A stretch of 64,000 nucleotides of DNA from Burkholderiales bacterium (GCA_026416295.1 JAOAFL010000041.1:3799-67798), one strand, 5' to 3'; counted from the first letter of the stretch, positions 21,344 to 31,847 are shown. Notes: generated by a model from the sequence alone, not told the origin. Made by a program: numbers and translations.

Positions 21344-21421
21344 CCCTTTTCCCCAATCCGGTTTTCTTCGGCCCGCCCGCGAGGCGGCGACGGTTTTTCG
21401 CATTGCGACAAGGAGCGGCAC

Positions 21422-22969
21422 ATGAGCAAGGAACGGCTGATCATTTTCGACACCACCATGCGCGACGGCGAGCAGTCGCCCGGCGCCGCGATGACGCGCG
21501 AGGAAAAGCTGCGCATCGCGCGCGCGCTCGAGCGCATGCGCGTGGATGTCATCGAGGCGGGCTTTCCGGCCGCCTCGAACGGCGACTTCGAGGCGGTGCG
21601 TGCGATCGCGAACACGATCAAGGACTCGACCGTCTGCGGCCTGTGCCGCGCGAACGACCGCGACATCCAGCGCGGCATCGACGCGCTCAAAGGCGCGAAA
21701 TCCTGGCGCATCCACACGTTCATCGCGACGAGCCCCCTGCACATGGAAAAGAAGCTGCGCATGACGCCCGAACAGGTGCTCGAGGCCGCGGTGCTCGCCG
21801 TGCGCTATGCGAGAAACGCCTGTCCGGACGTCGAGTTCTCGCCCGAGGACGGCAGCCGCTCGGACCCGGATTTCCTCTGCCGGGTGCTCGAGGCGGCGAT
21901 CCGCGAGGGGGCGACGACGATCAATATCCCCGACACCGTCGGCTACGCGGTGCCGGAGCAGTTCGGCGAGATGATCCGCCGCCTGCGCGAGCGCATCCCC
22001 AACTCCGACAAGGCGGTCTGGAGCGTGCACTGTCACAACGACCTCGGGCTTGCGGTGGCGAATTCGCTCGCCGCGGTGAGGATCGGCGGCGTGCGCCAGG
22101 TCGAGTGCACCGTGAACGGCCTGGGCGAGCGCGCGGGCAACACCGCGCTCGAGGAAGTGGTGATGGCGGTGAAAACGCGGCGCGATTTTTTTAATCTGGA
22201 GACGCGCATCGACACCACGCAAATCGTGCCGACCTCGCGGCTGGTGTCGCAGATCACCGGGTTCGTCGTGCAGCCGAACAAGGCGGTCGTCGGCGCGAAC
22301 GCGTTTGCGCACGCCTCGGGCATCCACCAGGACGGCGTGCTCAAGGCGCGGGAGACCTACGAGATCATGACCGCCGAGGACGTCGGCTGGAGCACGAACC
22401 GGATCGTGCTCGGCAAGCTTTCGGGGCGCACCGCGTTCCGCCAGCGGCTGAAAGAACTCGGCATCGAACTGGAGAGCGAAGAGGCGGTCAACCGGGCGTT
22501 CCAGCGCTTCAAGGACCTCGCCGACAAGAAGGCCGAGATCTTCGACGAGGACCTGATCGCGCTGGTCGCCGAAGGCGACAAGGCGAGCGCCGAGGAACGC
22601 TGGCGGCTGGTCACGATGAACCAGGCGAGCGGCATGGGCGAGCGGCCGCACGCGAGCGTCGTCCTCGCCGAAAACGGCACCGAGCGGCGCGCCGAATCCG
22701 ACGGCGACGGGCCGGTCGACGCCACCTTCAAGGCGATCGAGAAGATCGTCGCGAGCGGCGCCGAGCTTCTCCTTTACTCGGTGAATGCGGTCACCACCGG
22801 CACCGAGAGCCAGGGCGAGGTGACGGTGCGGCTTGCGCGCGGCGGGCGCGTGGTGAACGGGGTGGGCGCCGATACCGACATCATCGTCGCATCGGCGAAA
22901 GCGTACGTCGCCGCGCTGAACCGCCTCGTGAGCAAGGTCGAGCGGCTGAATCCCCAGCACGCGCTGTGA
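21422..22969 (+). CDS. leuA: 2-isopropylmalate synthase
   Basis: 515 aa, [49 protein letters not shown]...[16 protein letters not shown]. Confidence 0.96.
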   Translation: MSKERLIIFDTTMRDGEQSPGAAMTREEKLRIARALERMRVDVIEAGFPAASNGDFEAVRAIANTIKDSTVCGLCRANDRDIQRGIDALKGAKSWRIHTFIATSPLHMEKKLRMTPEQVLEAAVLAVRYARNACPDVEFSPEDGSRSDPDFLCRVLEAAIREGATTINIPDTVGYAVPEQFGEMIRRLRERIPNSDKAVWSVHCHNDLGLAVANSLAAVRIGGVRQVECTVNGLGERAGNTALEEVVMAVKTRRDFFNLETRIDTTQIVPTSRLVSQITGFVVQPNKAVVGANAFAHASGIHQDGVLKARETYEIMTAEDVGWSTNRIVLGKLSGRTAFRQRLKELGIELESEEAVNRAFQRFKDLADKKAEIFDEDLIALVAEGDKASAEERWRLVTMNQASGMGERPHASVVLAENGTERRAESDGDGPVDATFKAIEKIVASGAELLLYSVNAVTTGTESQGEVTVRLARGGRVVNGVGADTDIIVASAKAYVAALNRLVSKVERLNPQHAL

Positions 22970-23036
22970 CCTCGGGCGGCGCGCGCCGCCGTTGCGCGCA
23001 CGCCGCCTCGCGCCGCGCTTTGCGCCGGGCGGCCGC

Positions 23037-24004
<968 letters not shown>

Positions 24005-24017
24005 TCATAGCCGCGCG

Positions 24018-25229
24018 ATGTCCCTGTCCGACGCCCTGCCGCGAGATCCCGGCGGGTTGGTCTCGTTCCTCGGCGCGGCGTACCGGCGCTTCGAAGAGGA
24101 TCGCTGCCTGCAGACCGCCGGCAGCCTCGCGTTCACGACGCTGCTCGCGCTGGTGCCGGCGGTCACCGTCGCGCTCGCGCTCGTCACCGCGTTCCCCGTG
24201 TTCGGGCAGTGGACGAGCGGGCTCGACGACTGGCTCGCCGAGAACGTGCTGCCGGAGGCGATCGCGGACGCGATCACGAAGTACGTCGCGCAGTTCACCA
24301 GCAAGGCCGCGCGCCTCACCGCCGTCGGTCTCGTGTTCCTCGCGCTGACCGCGCTCGCGCTGATGCTCACGATCGAGCGCGCGCTCAACCGGATCTTTCG
24401 CGTCTCGCGCGAGCGGCCGGTCGCGCAGCGCCTGCTCGCCTACTGGGCGATGCTCACCCTCGGGCCGCTCCTCATGGGCGCGGGCCTCAGCATGACCTCG
24501 TACCTGGTCTCGGCCTCGCTCGGGTGGACGCGCGGCGTGCCGGGCGCGGGCGCCGCGCTGTTGCGCACCGCGCCGGTGCTGCTCGAGATCGCGGCGATCA
24601 CGCTGCTCTACCTGTGGGTACCGAACCGGCGGCTGCGGCTTGCGCACGCGCTCGCCGGCGGCGCGGTCGCGGGCGCGCTGTTCGAGGCGATGAAGTACGG
24701 CTTCGCGGTCTACATCGCGCGCGTGCCGACCTACAGCGCGATCTACGGCGCGTTCGCCGCGGTGCCGCTGTTTCTGCTCTGGCTTTATCTGTCCTGGGTC
24801 GCGGTGCTCGCCGGCGCGGTGATCGCGGCGATGCTGCCCGGCTACCGCGGGCGCGAGCGGCGCGGCGACGCGGCCGGCGGGCAGTTCTTCGACGCGCTCG
24901 CGCTGCTCGCCGAACTCGCGCGCGCGCAGCGCGTCGGGGAGACGCGCTCGCTCGAGCAGCTCGCGCGCCAGCGCGACCTCGCGCCGGAGCAGTGCGAGCG
25001 GCTGCTCGCGCGCATGGAAGGCGCGGGCTGGGTCGCGCGCTCGAGCGGCGAGCGCTGGCTGCTCGCGCGCGCGGCCGAGGCGATCGCGGCGGCCGATGTC
25101 TACCGCCTGTTCGTGCTCGACGAGCGCGCGGCCGAGGCGCCGCTCGCGCCGCTCCTCGCCGGGCATCTGGAAGACGTCGCGCGCCGCTTGCCGCTGCGCG
25201 TGAGCGAGCTCGCCGCCGCCGACCGATGA
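24018..25229 (+). CDS. yihY: YihY/BrkB family inner membrane protein
   Basis: 403 aa, FEEDRCLQTAGSLAFTTLLALVPAVTV...YGAFAAVPLFLLWLYLSW. Confidence 0.82.
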   Translation: MSLSDALPRDPGGLVSFLGAAYRRFEEDRCLQTAGSLAFTTLLALVPAVTVALALVTAFPVFGQWTSGLDDWLAENVLPEAIADAITKYVAQFTSKAARLTAVGLVFLALTALALMLTIERALNRIFRVSRERPVAQRLLAYWAMLTLGPLLMGAGLSMTSYLVSASLGWTRGVPGAGAALLRTAPVLLEIAAITLLYLWVPNRRLRLAHALAGGAVAGALFEAMKYGFAVYIARVPTYSAIYGAFAAVPLFLLWLYLSWVAVLAGAVIAAMLPGYRGRERRGDAAGGQFFDALALLAELARAQRVGETRSLEQLARQRDLAPEQCERLLARMEGAGWVARSSGERWLLARAAEAIAAADVYRLFVLDERAAEAPLAPLLAGHLEDVARRLPLRVSELAAADR

Positions 25230-25927
25230 GCCTCGCGCCTCGCGACCGGTTGATCGTCGCGCTCGACGTGCCGCGCGCCGCCGACGCCCGCGCGCTCGTC
25301 GAGCGACTGGGCGATGCCGCCTGCGTCTACAAGCTGGGGCTCGAGCTTTTCACCGCGGACGGCTACTTCGAGCTGGTCGATTGGCTGGTCGCGCGCGGCG
25401 CCAAGGTGTTCGCCGACCTCAAGCTCTACGACATCCCGGAGACGGTTCGGCGCGCGACCGCGAACGTCGCGGCGAGCGGCGCGACCTTCCTCACCGTGCA
25501 CGGCCACCGGTCGCTGCTCGAAGCGGCCGCGTCGGCCAAGGGGCGGCTGAAGCTGCTCGCGGTGACGGTGCTCACCAGTTTCGACGCGCGCGACCTCGCC
25601 GAGATGCGCGCGAACGCCACCGTCGAGGAACTCGTCCTCGCGCGCGCGCGCGCGGCCGCCGAAGCCGGCTGCGACGGCGTGATCGCCTCGGCGCGCGAGG
25701 CGGCGCGGCTGAAGCGCGAGTTCGGGGACCGCCTGCTCGTCGTCACCCCCGGCATCCGCGCCGCCGGCGAGCCGCACGGCGACCAGAAGCGCACGCTCAC
25801 CGCCGGCGAGGCGATCCGCGCCGGCGCCGACTACCTCGTCGTCGGCCGACCGATCCGCGACGCTCGCGATCCGCGCGAGGCGGCGCTCGCGATCCAGCGC
25901 GACATCGCCGCGGCGCTCGCCGCATGA
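25226..25927 (+). CDS. pyrF: orotidine 5'-phosphate decarboxylase
   Basis: In-frame ATG 25226 (ATGA overlap with the yihY stop) gives MSLAPRDRLIVALDVPRAADA...KLGLELF...VFADLKLYDIPETV...YLVVGRPI. Confidence 0.9.
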   Translation: MSLAPRDRLIVALDVPRAADARALVERLGDAACVYKLGLELFTADGYFELVDWLVARGAKVFADLKLYDIPETVRRATANVAASGATFLTVHGHRSLLEAAASAKGRLKLLAVTVLTSFDARDLAEMRANATVEELVLARARAAAEAGCDGVIASAREAARLKREFGDRLLVVTPGIRAAGEPHGDQKRTLTAGEAIRAGADYLVVGRPIRDARDPREAALAIQRDIAAALAA

Positions 25928-27132
25928 GCCAGGCCCTCGCCGGCATCGCGGGGCTCCTCGCGCTCGCCTGGCTCGCGAGCGAGCGCCGGCGCGCGATCCC
26001 GTGGCGGGCGGTCGCCGCCGGGCTCGCGCTGCAGCTCGGACTCACGCTGCTCCTTCTCAAGCTGCCTGCCGCGAAGGCGGCGTTCCTGTGGCTGAACGAC
26101 GCGCTGCTTGCGCTGGAGAAAGCGACGCAGGCGGGCACCGCGTTCGTGTTCGGCTATCTCGGCGGGGGACCGACGCCGTTTGCGGTCACCGACGCCGGCG
26201 CCACCTTCGTGCTCGCTTTCCGCGCGCTCCCGCTCGTTCTGGTGATGAGCGCGCTCTCGGCGCTCTTCTTCTACCTTCGCGTCCTGCCGGCGATCGTGCG
26301 CGCGCTCTCCTGGCTCCTTGAGCGCGCGATGGGGGTGGGCGGCGTGGTGGGCCTGTCCACCGCCGCGAACGTCTTCGTCGGCATGGTCGAGGCGCCGCTC
26401 TTCGTCAAGCCGTGGCTCGCCCGCGTCTCGCGCGGGGAGCTCTTCGCGATCATGACCGGCGGCATGGCCTCGATCGCCGGCACGGTGCTCTTCCTCTATG
26501 CGAGCCTGCTGAAGGACACGCTGCCGGATGCGGTGGCGCATCTCCTGATCGCCTCGGTGCTGTCTGCGCCGGCCGCGCTCGTCATCGCCTTCGTCATGGT
26601 GCCGCCCGAGGGCGCGCCGACCGGCGGCGCGGTGGAACTGCGCTCGCCGGATGCGAGCGCGATGGACGCGATCACGCGCGGAACGCTCGAGGGCGCGCAG
26701 CTCCTCGTCAACATCGTCGCGATGCTCGTCGTCTTCGTCGCGCTGGTGACGCTCGCCAACCTCGCGATCGCGCCCTATACGCTGCAGCAGGCGCTCGGCT
26801 GGGCGCTCGCGCCGCTCGCTTGGCTCGCCGGGGTGCCGTGGGCCGAGGCGCAGGCGGCCGGCATGCTCCTGGGCACCAAGACCGTCGTCAACGAGTTCGT
26901 CGCCTACCTCGAACTCGTGCGGACCGAAGGACTCTCGGAGCGCAGCCGGCTGCTTCTCGCCTACGCGCTGTGCGGCTTCGCCAATTTCGGCTCGCTCGGC
27001 ATCATGATCGGGGGGCTCGGCACGATGTGCCCGGAGCGGCGCGCCGAGATCGTCGCGCTCGGGCTGAAGTCGATCGTCGCCGGCACGCTCGCCACCTGCC
27101 TGATTGCGGCGATGGTGGGACTGGTCGTCTGA
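25924..27132 (+). CDS. nupC: NupC/NupG-family (CNT) nucleoside transporter
   Basis: ATG 25924 (ATGA overlap with the pyrF stop) gives MSQALAGIAGLLALAWLASERRRAIPWR...TKTVVNEFVAYLEL...CGFANFGSLGIMIGG. Confidence 0.85.
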   Translation: MSQALAGIAGLLALAWLASERRRAIPWRAVAAGLALQLGLTLLLLKLPAAKAAFLWLNDALLALEKATQAGTAFVFGYLGGGPTPFAVTDAGATFVLAFRALPLVLVMSALSALFFYLRVLPAIVRALSWLLERAMGVGGVVGLSTAANVFVGMVEAPLFVKPWLARVSRGELFAIMTGGMASIAGTVLFLYASLLKDTLPDAVAHLLIASVLSAPAALVIAFVMVPPEGAPTGGAVELRSPDASAMDAITRGTLEGAQLLVNIVAMLVVFVALVTLANLAIAPYTLQQALGWALAPLAWLAGVPWAEAQAAGMLLGTKTVVNEFVAYLELVRTEGLSERSRLLLAYALCGFANFGSLGIMIGGLGTMCPERRAEIVALGLKSIVAGTLATCLIAAMVGLVV

Positions 27133-27220
27133 GTCGAGCGGGCGAGCGGGCGGCGCACGGCCCGCGCAGGCGGCGTCGAGCACGGCTCGCCGCCCGGGTC
27201 CGCGAGCTCGCTCGTGCGCG

Positions 27221-28768
27221 TCAGTGGGTCGTCTCGCGCAGCTCCTCGGCGAGCGCATCGAGCGCTTCGATCAGGTCGGCGATCCTCTGCGGCCGGTCCT
27301 CCGGTCGCTTCTCGAGGCACGCGTGCACGACGAGTTCCAGCGCCCGCGGCACCGGCTGCGGCGCGACCTCGGAGAGCCGTCGCGGCTCCTCGTTCAGGAT
27401 CTGGCTCGTGAGCGCGAGGTCGTCAGCGCCGTCGAAAAGCTTGCGACCGCTGAGCATGTAATAGGCGACCGCGCCCACGGCGTAGATGTCGGCGCGCGGA
27501 TCCACGTCCGCCGGATTGCGCAGCCGCTCGGGTGCCATGTAGAGCGGCGTGCCGAGGATGCGCAGGCTGCGCGTGAGGTCGCGGCTGTGGCCGCCGGCGA
27601 CGCTCTTCACCAGACCGAAGTCGAGCAGCTTGACGAGGTCCGCGCCGCCCGCCTGCCGAAGAAGCATGATGTTCTCGGGCTTGACGTCGCGGTGTACGAG
27701 CCCGGCGTCGTGCGCGGCGGCCAAGCCTGCGCAGACCTGGCGCAGGATCGCCACGGCTTGCGCGACCGGCACCGGTCCCTCGCGCGCCACCCGCTCGCCG
27801 AGGTTGATGCCTTCCAGATACTCCATCGCGTAGTAGAGCAGCCCGTCGGCGCTGCGCCCGTAGTCGTAGATCTCGACGATGTTCGAATGCGAGAGGCGGC
27901 TCGCGAGCTGCGCTTCGCGCTCGAAGCGCGCGACCATCTCGTCGGTCGCGCGCGCGGGCTTGAGCAGTTTCACCGCGCAGGGGCGCTTGAGCAGATCGTG
28001 GCGCGCGAGATAGACGCTCGCCGCGCCGCCTTCTCCGATCCGGCGCTCGAGCCGGTAGGCGCCGAGCTTGCGCGCCCCGAGCTCGCCGCGCAGCCGCGCA
28101 AGCGACACCGCCGAGGCGAGCGCCGCCGCCACCGCCGCGGCGAGCGCCGCGAGCACCGCGCCGAACGCGAACCGCAGGTAGCGCAGCGGCTCGTACGCCT
28201 CCGCTTCGGGGATCTCGGCCGCAAGCGCAAGCTGAAGTTCCGGCACCCAGCGCCAAGCGCCGATCACCCGCTCGCCGCGGTGGTTGACGTACGGCTCGGG
28301 CAGGAACCCGCGCTGCGCGTCGGGATCGGCGGCCGCGGCGCTCGCTGCGACGCCTTCGGCAAGACGCGTGAGCGGTCGGTCCGGCGCCTGCGGCACGCGC
28401 AGCTCGAACCGCCCGCGCGTGCCGACGCCCGGTTCGAGCAGGCCGCGCTCGCGCAGTTCCTGCGCGAAGCGGCTCTCCGACTGCATCAGGCCGCGCGCAT
28501 CGAGGGCGAAGAGCTCGCCCCGCTCGCCGATCGCCACCTCGCCGAGCGCCGCAAGCGGCGCGGCGGCATCGCGCGCGTAGCGCAGCGCGCGCGCCTCGGC
28601 ATCCAGCTTCGCTGCGAGGCTCGTCGCGCGAATCTCGCGCAGCGACGATTCCACCGCGCGGTAGGTCCAGGCGCCAAGGGCGACCAGAAGCGCGCAGACC
28701 GCGAGCACGAGGCCGATGCGCGCGGGCCTGGCGGCGAACCAGCCGCGCGCGCCGGCGAGCGGCTGCAA
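27221..28768 (-). CDS. membrane receptor-type Hanks Ser/Thr protein kinase (N-terminal extracytoplasmic sensor, C-terminal kinase)
   Basis: 515 aa. Order is TM1 (IGLVLAVCALLVALGAW), about 180 aa, TM2 (FAFGAVLAALAAAVAAALASAV), then the kinase. Kinase motifs are IGEGGAASVY, CAVKLL, HRDVKPENIML, DFGLVK and GTPLYMAPE. The start is TTG 28768. Confidence 0.85.
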   Translation of the reverse strand: MQPLAGARGWFAARPARIGLVLAVCALLVALGAWTYRAVESSLREIRATSLAAKLDAEARALRYARDAAAPLAALGEVAIGERGELFALDARGLMQSESRFAQELRERGLLEPGVGTRGRFELRVPQAPDRPLTRLAEGVAASAAAADPDAQRGFLPEPYVNHRGERVIGAWRWVPELQLALAAEIPEAEAYEPLRYLRFAFGAVLAALAAAVAAALASAVSLARLRGELGARKLGAYRLERRIGEGGAASVYLARHDLLKRPCAVKLLKPARATDEMVARFEREAQLASRLSHSNIVEIYDYGRSADGLLYYAMEYLEGINLGERVAREGPVPVAQAVAILRQVCAGLAAAHDAGLVHRDVKPENIMLLRQAGGADLVKLLDFGLVKSVAGGHSRDLTRSLRILGTPLYMAPERLRNPADVDPRADIYAVGAVAYYMLSGRKLFDGADDLALTSQILNEEPRRLSEVAPQPVPRALELVVHACLEKRPEDRPQRIADLIEALDALAEELRETTH

Positions 28769-28803
28769 GGTACGGGCCGACGACGGCGCGGTGTCGCTGC
28801 CGC

Positions 28804-29745
28804 TCAGGGGATCGGGACGGCGGCGATCAACGCCGCGCCGACGTCGAGGCCGCGCGCGGTCTCGCCCGCCGGCCGCAGCCGGTGGGCGGCGATCCCGGGA
28901 AGGACCGCCTGCACGTCTTCCGGAATCACCTTGTCGCGGCCGTCGATGAGCGCCCAGGCGCGCGCCGACTGCACCAGCCCGAGCGCCGCGCGCGGCGACA
29001 GCCCCGTCTGGAACTGCGGCGAACGGCGGGTGTGCTCGACGAGCGCCTGCACGTAGTCGAGGAGCGCGGGCGCGACGTGGACCTCGCGCACCTCGCCTTG
29101 CAGCGCGATCAGCTCGGCGGGCGTCATGCAGGGCTCGAGCGACGCGAGAAGCTCCCGGCGGTCCGCCCCGGCGAGCAGCGCACGCTCGGCCTCGCGTCCG
29201 GGATAGCCCAGCTCGATGCGCATCAGGAAGCGGTCGAGCTGCGACTCCGGAAGCGGAAAGGTCCCCACCTGCTCGGCCGGATTCTGCGTCGCGATGACGA
29301 AGAAGGGCTCGGGCAGTCTGCGCGTCTCGCCTTCCACCGTCACCTGGTGTTCCTCCATCGCCTCGAGCAGGGCCGACTGGGTTTTCGGCGTCGCGCGGTT
29401 GATCTCGTCGGCGAGGATCACCTGCGCGAAAATCGGTCCCGGCAGGAACTTGAAACCGCCCGACTCGCGCTCGTAGACCGACACGCCGACGATGTCGGCG
29501 GGCAGCATGTCGCTCGTGAACTGGATGCGGTGAAACGCGAGTCCGAGCGTGCGCGCGATCACCTGCGCGAGCACGGTTTTCCCGACGCCGGGCATGTCCT
29601 CGATCAGCAGGTGCCCGCGCGCGAGCACGCAGGCGAGCGCAAGGCGGATCTGCAGCTCCTTGCCGAGGACGATCCGGTTCGCGGCCTCGAACACGCGCGC
29701 GAGCGGCGAGCGCGGCAGCGGCTGCAGATGCCTCTTCGGTTGCAC
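28804..29745 (-). CDS. MoxR-family AAA+ ATPase
   Basis: 313 aa, LIEDMPGVGKTVLA (Walker A), ILADEINRATPKTQSALLEAMEE (Walker B and sensor) and FFVIATQNP. The start codon is GTG. Confidence 0.9.
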   Translation of the reverse strand: MQPKRHLQPLPRSPLARVFEAANRIVLGKELQIRLALACVLARGHLLIEDMPGVGKTVLAQVIARTLGLAFHRIQFTSDMLPADIVGVSVYERESGGFKFLPGPIFAQVILADEINRATPKTQSALLEAMEEHQVTVEGETRRLPEPFFVIATQNPAEQVGTFPLPESQLDRFLMRIELGYPGREAERALLAGADRRELLASLEPCMTPAELIALQGEVREVHVAPALLDYVQALVEHTRRSPQFQTGLSPRAALGLVQSARAWALIDGRDKVIPEDVQAVLPGIAAHRLRPAGETARGLDVGAALIAAVPIP

Positions 29746-29783
29746 CGGGGGATTGTACTCGATGCGTTAAGATTCAGCCGCTT

Positions 29784-30710
29784 ATGCCGACCGCCTTCAT
29801 CACGCATCCCGATTGCCTGAAGCACGACATGGGCCGCGGACACCCCGAGCGCCCGGAGCGGCTCGGCGCGATCGAAGACCGCCTGATCGCCTCCGGCCTC
29901 GGGCAGTATCTCGAGCGGTTCGATGCGCCGCTCGCTACCGACGCGCAGCTCGCGCGCGTGCATCCGCTCGAGTACGTGCGCGCGATCCGCGCCGCGGCGC
30001 CCGAACGGGGGCTCGTGCACCTCGATCCGGACACCGCGATGAACCCGCACACGCTCGATGCGGCGCTGCGCGCCGCGGGCGCGGCGGTGCTCGCGACCGA
30101 TCTCGTGATGACGGGCCGCGTGCACACCGCCTTCTGCAGCGTGCGGCCGCCGGGGCACCACGCCTGCCGCGCCCGGCCGATGGGGTTCTGCATCTTCAAC
30201 AACGTCGCGGTCGCCGCCTGTCATGCGCTCGAGGCGCACGGCGCAAGGCGCGTCGCGATCGTAGACTTCGACGTGCACCACGGCAACGGCACCGAGGACA
30301 TCTTCGAGGGGGATTCGCGCGTGCTGATGGTCTCGACCTTCCAGCACCCGTTCTATCCGTACTCCGGCACCGAAAATCCGGCGTTCAATATGGTGAACGT
30401 GCCGCTTGCCGCCGGCGCGGGCTCGCGCGAGTTCCGCGCGGCGGTCGCCCGGCACTGGATCCCGGCGCTCGAGAAATTCGCGCCGGAGCTGGTCGTCTTT
30501 TCCGCCGGGTTCGACGCGCACGTCGAGGACGACATGGCGATGCTCGAGTTGCGCGACGACGATTACGCCTGGGTCACCGCACAGGTGAAGGCGGTCGCCG
30601 ACCGCACCGCCGGCGGTCGCATCGTCTCGCTGCTCGAAGGCGGTTACGCGCTTTCGGCGCTCGGCCGCAGCGCCGAGCAGCACATCCGCGTTCTCGCCGG
30701 GCTCGCCTAG
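29784..30710 (+). CDS. histone deacetylase-family (class II HDAC/AcuC-like) amidohydrolase
   Basis: 308 aa, HPERPERL...RPPGHHA...GFCIFNNVAVAA...VDFDVHHGNGTEDIF...EGGY. Confidence 0.85.
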   Translation: MPTAFITHPDCLKHDMGRGHPERPERLGAIEDRLIASGLGQYLERFDAPLATDAQLARVHPLEYVRAIRAAAPERGLVHLDPDTAMNPHTLDAALRAAGAAVLATDLVMTGRVHTAFCSVRPPGHHACRARPMGFCIFNNVAVAACHALEAHGARRVAIVDFDVHHGNGTEDIFEGDSRVLMVSTFQHPFYPYSGTENPAFNMVNVPLAAGAGSREFRAAVARHWIPALEKFAPELVVFSAGFDAHVEDDMAMLELRDDDYAWVTAQVKAVADRTAGGRIVSLLEGGYALSALGRSAEQHIRVLAGLA

Positions 30711-30725
30711 GCTCGGCGCGCGCGT

Positions 30726-31796
30726 TCAGACGGTTGCGCGCGCTTCGCGCGCGAGTTCCTCCGCCGCCGCCGCGAACGCGGCCGGCTCGGCCGAATCGAT
30801 CGCGAGGCGCCGCGCCTTCCCGAGGCGCGCGTAATGGGCCTGCGACGAGCGCCGATAGGCGGGGTCGTAGTGCTCCTCCAGCAGGCGCGCGACGAGCGCG
30901 CGCCACTCGCCGCGCGCGGCGAGCGCCTTCCATTCTGCGACGCGCGCGCGGCCGTGCAGCCGCGCAAGCCCGTCGAGCTGCGCGGCAAGCGCCGTCGGAT
31001 CGGCGAAGAAGTGGCGGTAGTCGTCCATGAGGAGCGCGACCCGCGCCTCGCGCGCGGTCTCAAGGAGCACGCACTCGGCGTCGCGCATGCGCGCAACGAG
31101 CGCTTCGGGCAATTGCACCCGGCCGATTCTGCGGCTTTCGGCCTCGAGAAAGACCTCGCGCGCCGGATCGAGCGCTTCCAGCGCGACGAGGAGCCGTGTC
31201 TCGAACGCCTTTTGCGAGGGCTGCGCGCGGCCGGGCAGCTCGCCGAGCACCGAGCCGCGGTGTTCGGCGAGCGCCTCGAGATCGAGCACCTGCGCGCCGG
31301 CGCGCACGAGGGCCTCGAGCAGCCGGCTCTTTCCGGCACCGGTCATGCCGTGCACGACGCGAAAGCGAAAACGCGCCGGCAGCGCGGCGAGACGCGCGAC
31401 GACGTAGCGCCGCCAGGCCTTGTAGCCGCCGGCGAGCGTTTTCGCGTCCCAGCCGACTTCGCGCAGCACGTGCGCCATCGCCGCCGAGCGCTTGCCGCCG
31501 CGCCAGCAATAGACGAGCGGCCGCCAGGTACGCGGCCTCGCCGCAAAGCGCGTCTCAAGGTGCCGCGCGATGTTTCTCGCGACGAGCGCGGCGCCGAGCT
31601 TTCGCGCTTCGAACGGCGACGCCCTGTAGAGCGTGCCGACGCGGGCGCGCTCGGCGTCCTCCAGCACCGGTGCGTTTTCCGCGCCGGGCAGGTGGTCTTC
31701 GGCGTACTCGGCGGGCGAGCGTACGTCGAGGATCGCGTCGAAGCCGGCGAGCAGCCCCGGGGCGATCGCGACGCTGTGCTCCGCGCGCGCATGCAT
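30726..31796 (-). CDS. selU: tRNA 2-selenouridine synthase
   Basis: 356 aa. It has a rhodanese part with YCWRGGKRS and a P-loop VHGMTGAGKS. The tail EEHYDPAYRRS is typical of SelU/MnmH. Confidence 0.82.
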   Translation of the reverse strand: MHARAEHSVAIAPGLLAGFDAILDVRSPAEYAEDHLPGAENAPVLEDAERARVGTLYRASPFEARKLGAALVARNIARHLETRFAARPRTWRPLVYCWRGGKRSAAMAHVLREVGWDAKTLAGGYKAWRRYVVARLAALPARFRFRVVHGMTGAGKSRLLEALVRAGAQVLDLEALAEHRGSVLGELPGRAQPSQKAFETRLLVALEALDPAREVFLEAESRRIGRVQLPEALVARMRDAECVLLETAREARVALLMDDYRHFFADPTALAAQLDGLARLHGRARVAEWKALAARGEWRALVARLLEEHYDPAYRRSSQAHYARLGKARRLAIDSAEPAAFAAAAEELAREARATV

Positions 31797-31847
31797 CGCG
31801 CCCGATTCTACGGCGACGGCGCGCTTGCCGTCTCCGGCGGCGGGGCG

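Noticed and set aside
20114-22960. 948-aa ORF on the minus strand
   Set aside because: It is antisense to leuA and out of frame with the CitE-like gene. It contains no recognisable domain. It is a shadow ORF.
22974-22989. Perfect 16-nt GC palindrome (ggcggcgcgcgccgcc) after leuA as an intrinsic terminator
   Set aside because: No U-tract follows, only gtt. It could still form a hairpin between the convergent genes, but I cannot support a terminator call.
27133-27220. GC-rich inverted repeat (cgggcggcg ... cgccgcccg) between convergent nupC and the kinase gene as a bidirectional terminator or REP element
   Set aside because: The stem is short and the loop long. There is no U-tract, and I found no second copy elsewhere in the window.
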